64,000 nt of DNA from Nitrospirota bacterium (lineage in GTDB: Bacteria > Nitrospirota > Nitrospiria > JACQBW01): contig JACOTA010000013.1 in the NCBI GenBank assembly GCA_016178585.1, positions 3,183-67,182 on the forward strand. The letters are read 5' to 3'. This document shows positions 60,770 to 64,000 of this stretch, piece after piece (the first letter of the stretch is position 1; each line of letters starts with the position of its first letter). The notes beneath the pieces are model-generated. The model saw nothing but the letters and a program-made list of their open reading frames with translations. It ran no database searches and had not been told where the DNA came from. The translations under genes and the position numbers were made by a program.

Positions 60770-61129
60770 TTGTTATATTATCCAATAGTTTCATTCTCCC
60801 CGGTGATTCAAATCGTGATGATTTTGAGTCTATTTAGCCTGGGAGTCTGGTGTTCTTTTTCGGTTGAAAAAGCCCTTGGGCAGAAAGACCCTGGAATTAT
60901 TGTGGTGGATGAAATCGTCGGAGTCTGGATATCCCTTTACCTCATCCCATTTCATTGGAATCTTCTGTTGGCCGCTTTTATTTTGTTTCGGTTTCTGGAT
61001 ATTAAAAAGCCATTTCTAATTGCTCAGGTTCAATCGCTAAAAGGAGGCTGGGGGGTCATGCTGGATGACTGCTTGGCAGGACTTATTACAAACCTGTTGT
61101 TGCGCCTTATTCTTTATTTCTGGCCGTAA
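60770..61129 (+). CDS. pgpA: Phosphatidylglycerophosphatase A, N-terminally truncated
   Basis: Conserved PgpA core (PGIIVVDEIVGVW...FLDIKKP...GVMLDDCLAG), but the N-terminal segment is missing. A 137-bp repeat lies immediately upstream. Confidence 0.6.
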   Translation: MLYYPIVSFSPVIQIVMILSLFSLGVWCSFSVEKALGQKDPGIIVVDEIVGVWISLYLIPFHWNLLLAAFILFRFLDIKKPFLIAQVQSLKGGWGVMLDDCLAGLITNLLLRLILYFWP

Positions 61130-61167
61130 TCGATCCGAATTAATCCTGACGGTCTCGTAAAAAGTCT

Positions 61168-61200
61168 GAGACGGATTGTGGAATGGTCGTAGTTAGACCG
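61168..61200 (-). repeat. Solo 32-bp sub-module (CGGTCTAACTACGACCATTCCACAATCCGTCT)
   Basis: Occurs outside any F1 element, downstream of pgpA. Confidence 0.6.
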
Positions 61201-61311
61201 AAAAAGTGGTTTTTTTGTCATTCCCGTGCAAACGGGAATCCAGTTTTTTCAAGTCGTTATGTTCTCCCTAGATTCCCGCTTTCGCGGGAATGACGAATTT
61301 TTACAAGACCA

Positions 61312-61890
61312 TCAATCCTTGAAGTCAACAAACCGGACATGATCATTCCACATCGATAAAAATTTTTCTCTGGCCTTCCGGGTATTAGAAGAATCAATAA
61401 TCACGTCCAAGCGTTCATCATTCAGCGTGTTGGCGCTCCAGGTTTGATTAAATGAACCGGAAGTGTTGATTTGATCGTCAATAATCACCTGTTTAATATG
61501 CATTAACCCTTCATGCCGGTTTACCTTAATCGGAATCCCGGCCTGACGCAGGGAATGAATCGCCTTACGGGTATGCTCATTTTCCAATTCCCCATGATCG
61601 GTAATAATCCGGACGTCAATCCCTTTTTTCCTGGCTCTTATCAGCATTCTGGTAATGGGTTTAGAGGTCATGTTAAAACAGGCGATGTAAATTGACTTTT
61701 CAGCGTTTTGGTATAAAGAGATCATGTGAGACTGGAGATGGTCTTCAGGCCCGTAGTAGGTTTGAATGTCGCCGGCAAAGGCCGGTTGAATGGAGAGAAA
61801 AATAAAGGCGCTGGCCAGAAGGCCGGTCAAAATCAGTGGAAGGAAAAAAGTCCAATGACAGCGGTTTGGGGCGGACGTTTTCAGGTTCAT
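61312..61890 (-). CDS. PLD-family HKD protein (Nuc-like), secreted/anchored
   Basis: Single HxK(x)4D motif (MHIKQVIIDD) and an N-terminal signal/TM. Confidence 0.65.
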   Translation of the reverse strand: MNLKTSAPNRCHWTFFLPLILTGLLASAFIFLSIQPAFAGDIQTYYGPEDHLQSHMISLYQNAEKSIYIACFNMTSKPITRMLIRARKKGIDVRIITDHGELENEHTRKAIHSLRQAGIPIKVNRHEGLMHIKQVIIDDQINTSGSFNQTWSANTLNDERLDVIIDSSNTRKAREKFLSMWNDHVRFVDFKD

Positions 61891-63191
61891 CAGGAAGACA
61901 AAATATCCAGACCCAAATCTGTTTTACTTAAAGGACCGAGTGAGGTTAACGAATAAAAAGCGGGATCAAAGACCTGCCGGGCGATTTGATGGACTGAAGT
62001 TTTTGAAACAGCCTCAATATCCTGAATGACTTCTTCCAGAGTAAAAAAACGTCCGAAATAAATTTCATCTTTCGCTAATTGGGCCATCCGGCTGCTGGTA
62101 CTTTCCATCCCCAGCATCATGCTTCCTTTTAAATGGTCTTTTGCCTTTTTAAGTTCCGAGGAACTAATGCCTTCATTCCTCAGTTTCCTGAGTTCCTTAA
62201 GAATGATCTGGACAACCTGACGGACTGTTTTAACGCTGGTTCCCGCGTAAATCGTAAATAAACCGGTATCTTGAAAGAAGGAAAGATATGAATAAATGGA
62301 GTAAACCAGCCCTCGTTCCTCTCTGACTTCCTGAAAAAGGCGGGAGCTGACGCTCCCTCCCAACACGGTATTTAATACATAAAGGGCGTGCCGGGTTTTA
62401 TCAGTATGAGAAACCCCCGGCAGCCCCAGACAAAAATGAATCTGTTCAAGATTTTTCTTCTTGCTGAATACGCCGGTTTCCATCCGGGGAGGAATCCTCC
62501 TGGGAACAAAGGGTGTCTGGTTTTTATACTTTCCGAAGGTTTTGTTAAGAAGCCTGAAAAGTACGGTCGGGTTAAAATTCCCCGCCGCGGAAATGACAAT
62601 TTGTGAGGGATGATAATATTTCTCAAGAAAATAAAGAATATCTTCCCTCTTAAGTGAAGAAACCGTGTCGAGGGTTCCAAGAATGGTGCGTCCAAGAGGA
62701 TTTTTTTTCCAGACCTGTTCCAGATAAAAATCATTTAAAAGTTCTTCCGGATCATCCTCAACCATCTTGATCTCTTCGAGGATAACCTTTTTTTCTTTTT
62801 TGATTTCGTCTGGATCAAAAATCGAATGGTGAAAAACATCTGAGAGGATTTGAATCGCCTTGGGCAGGTGTTCATCCAGGACTTTAGTATAAAACGTCGT
62901 GGTTTCCCTCGAGGTGAAAGCGTTCATCTCCCCGCCCAGAGAATCCATGTCCTGGGCAAGTTCTTTGGCCGATTTCTTCCGGGTCCCTTTAAAAAACATA
63001 TGTTCCAGAAAATGGGAAAGCCCGTGCTCCTTCCCTTCTTCATCTCTGGAACCGACATTAACCCAGATTCCGATGGAAACAGATTTTACCGACGGAATCC
63101 TTTCGGTGACAAGCCGGATCCCATTATCTAAAACCATTTTTTTAAACATTGGGATTTGGGCGGCGGAAAAAGGCTTCCGGTAGAGGGTCAA
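61890..63191 (-). CDS. M16-family zinc peptidase
   Basis: Inverted zinc motif [11 protein letters not shown]. 433 aa. Confidence 0.8.
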   Translation of the reverse strand: MTLYRKPFSAAQIPMFKKMVLDNGIRLVTERIPSVKSVSIGIWVNVGSRDEEGKEHGLSHFLEHMFFKGTRKKSAKELAQDMDSLGGEMNAFTSRETTTFYTKVLDEHLPKAIQILSDVFHHSIFDPDEIKKEKKVILEEIKMVEDDPEELLNDFYLEQVWKKNPLGRTILGTLDTVSSLKREDILYFLEKYYHPSQIVISAAGNFNPTVLFRLLNKTFGKYKNQTPFVPRRIPPRMETGVFSKKKNLEQIHFCLGLPGVSHTDKTRHALYVLNTVLGGSVSSRLFQEVREERGLVYSIYSYLSFFQDTGLFTIYAGTSVKTVRQVVQIILKELRKLRNEGISSSELKKAKDHLKGSMMLGMESTSSRMAQLAKDEIYFGRFFTLEEVIQDIEAVSKTSVHQIARQVFDPAFYSLTSLGPLSKTDLGLDILSS

Positions 63192-64000
63192 CCGGCCTCT
63201 TGACCTTCTTTATTTGCCATCGCCTCCTTACGGCTGAGTCTGATTTTTCCCTGCTTGTCGATCTCAAGAACTTTAACGAGAAACTCGTCTCCCTCCTTGA
63301 CTTCATCCGTAACATTTTTTACCCTATGATGGGCTAACTGGGATATATGAACAAGCCCGTCGACGTTGGGCAGAATCGTAACAAACGCTCCAAAGTCCAT
63401 GATTTTACTAACCTTTCCGAGATAGAGCTTTCCGATTTCAACATCTTCGGTGATTTTATTGATGATCTCCACCGCAGCTTTTGCGGAAGCGTCATCGTTG
63501 GAAGCAATTGAAATGGTTCCATCGTCCGCGATATCGATTTTAACCCCGGTTCTTTCAATGATACTTCGAATCATTTTACCGCCAGGCCCTATGACTTCTC
63601 GAACCTTTTCGGGCTTCACTTTCATGATCAAAATTTTGGGAGCATAAATTGAAAACTCTTTTCTGGGTTCGGAAAGAGCAGCGTCCATTTTTTCCAGAAT
63701 ATGCAATCTTCCAGCCTTTGCTTGATCCAGGGCCCGGGCCATCACGGTACTGTCAAGTCCTCCAATTTTGATATCCATTTGGATGGCAGTAATTCCATTC
63801 CGGGTTCCGGCCACTTTAAAATCCATATCTCCGAGATGATCTTCCTGGCCCAGGATATCCGACAAAATCACAGTCTCTTGTCCTTCTTTAATTAACCCCA
63901 TGGCAATTCCGGCAACCGGCGCTTTAATAGGAACGCCTCCATCCATTAACGCCAATATGCCGCCGCAAACTGTCGCCATTGAGGAGGATCCGTTCGACTC
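63188..64000 (-). CDS. pnp: Polyribonucleotide nucleotidyltransferase, C-terminal part (runs off window)
   Basis: KH and S1 domains at the C-terminus (...[18 protein letters not shown]). RNase PH-like domain upstream. Confidence 0.85.
   Translation of the reverse strand, partial: ESNGSSSMATVCGGILALMDGGVPIKAPVAGIAMGLIKEGQETVILSDILGQEDHLGDMDFKVAGTRNGITAIQMDIKIGGLDSTVMARALDQAKAGRLHILEKMDAALSEPRKEFSIYAPKILIMKVKPEKVREVIGPGGKMIRSIIERTGVKIDIADDGTISIASNDDASAKAAVEIINKITEDVEIGKLYLGKVSKIMDFGAFVTILPNVDGLVHISQLAHHRVKNVTDEVKEGDEFLVKVLEIDKQGKIRLSRKEAMANKEGQEAG

Overview
This 64 kb window is a chromosomal segment from a diderm (Gram-negative-type) bacterium of about 47% GC. It is dense with housekeeping genes, mostly on the minus strand. 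I cannot place the organism. Two paralogous 4-subunit 2-oxoacid:ferredoxin oxidoreductase operons suggest an anaerobic or microaerophilic lifestyle.

**Gene content**
- Positions 2729-13344 form one long minus-strand envelope-biogenesis gene string: lepA, lepB, hldE (kinase domain), kdsB, pyrG, kdsA, kdsD, kdsC, an LpxL/HtrB-type acyltransferase, pgsA and plsY.
- Two paralogous 4-subunit 2-oxoacid:ferredoxin oxidoreductase operons.
- Other genes: serB, aroC, rnd, panB-folD-(5-formyl-THF cyclo-ligase), HU, tyrS, gcvH, ndk, queD, amiC-like, truA, cysE-ispF-ispD-yacL-like, bioA, two HtrA-type proteases, a class II aldolase next to a class 1 fbp, pgpA, an M16 peptidase and the 3' part of pnp.
- At the window start, a TetR regulator and a partial RND/MMPL exporter.

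**What stands out is the non-coding content, not the proteins**
1. A family of about 80-170 bp structured elements (8 units at 7 loci). Every copy sits between a stop codon and the next RBS or start, and has the same orientation relative to the downstream gene. The copies share conserved ends, a variable internal hairpin, compensatory/G·U changes, and an expandable 32 bp sub-module.
2. A 137 bp element in three more-than-99%-identical copies. Two of them form perfect inverted repeats bracketing an ABC-F (Uup-like) gene and supplying its last codons. The third coincides with an N-terminally truncated pgpA and an orphan reading-frame remnant.
3. A roughly 125 nt imperfect-palindromic element in two copies. 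Covariation in its closing stem suggests an RNA made from the plus strand.
4. A decayed integrative-element scar at tRNA-Arg(CCG): a 5'-truncated ORF6N gene, a chimeric C-terminal tyrosine-integrase fragment, and a tandem duplication of the tRNA 5' end and its promoter.

Smaller observations include a consensus sigma70 promoter abutting lepA (giving a near-leaderless mRNA), a perfect 13 bp palindrome in the htrA promoter region, a shared 15-mer upstream of three operons, and a probable non-ATG start for serB.

No CRISPR array, intact prophage, transposase or recognisable defence operon was found.
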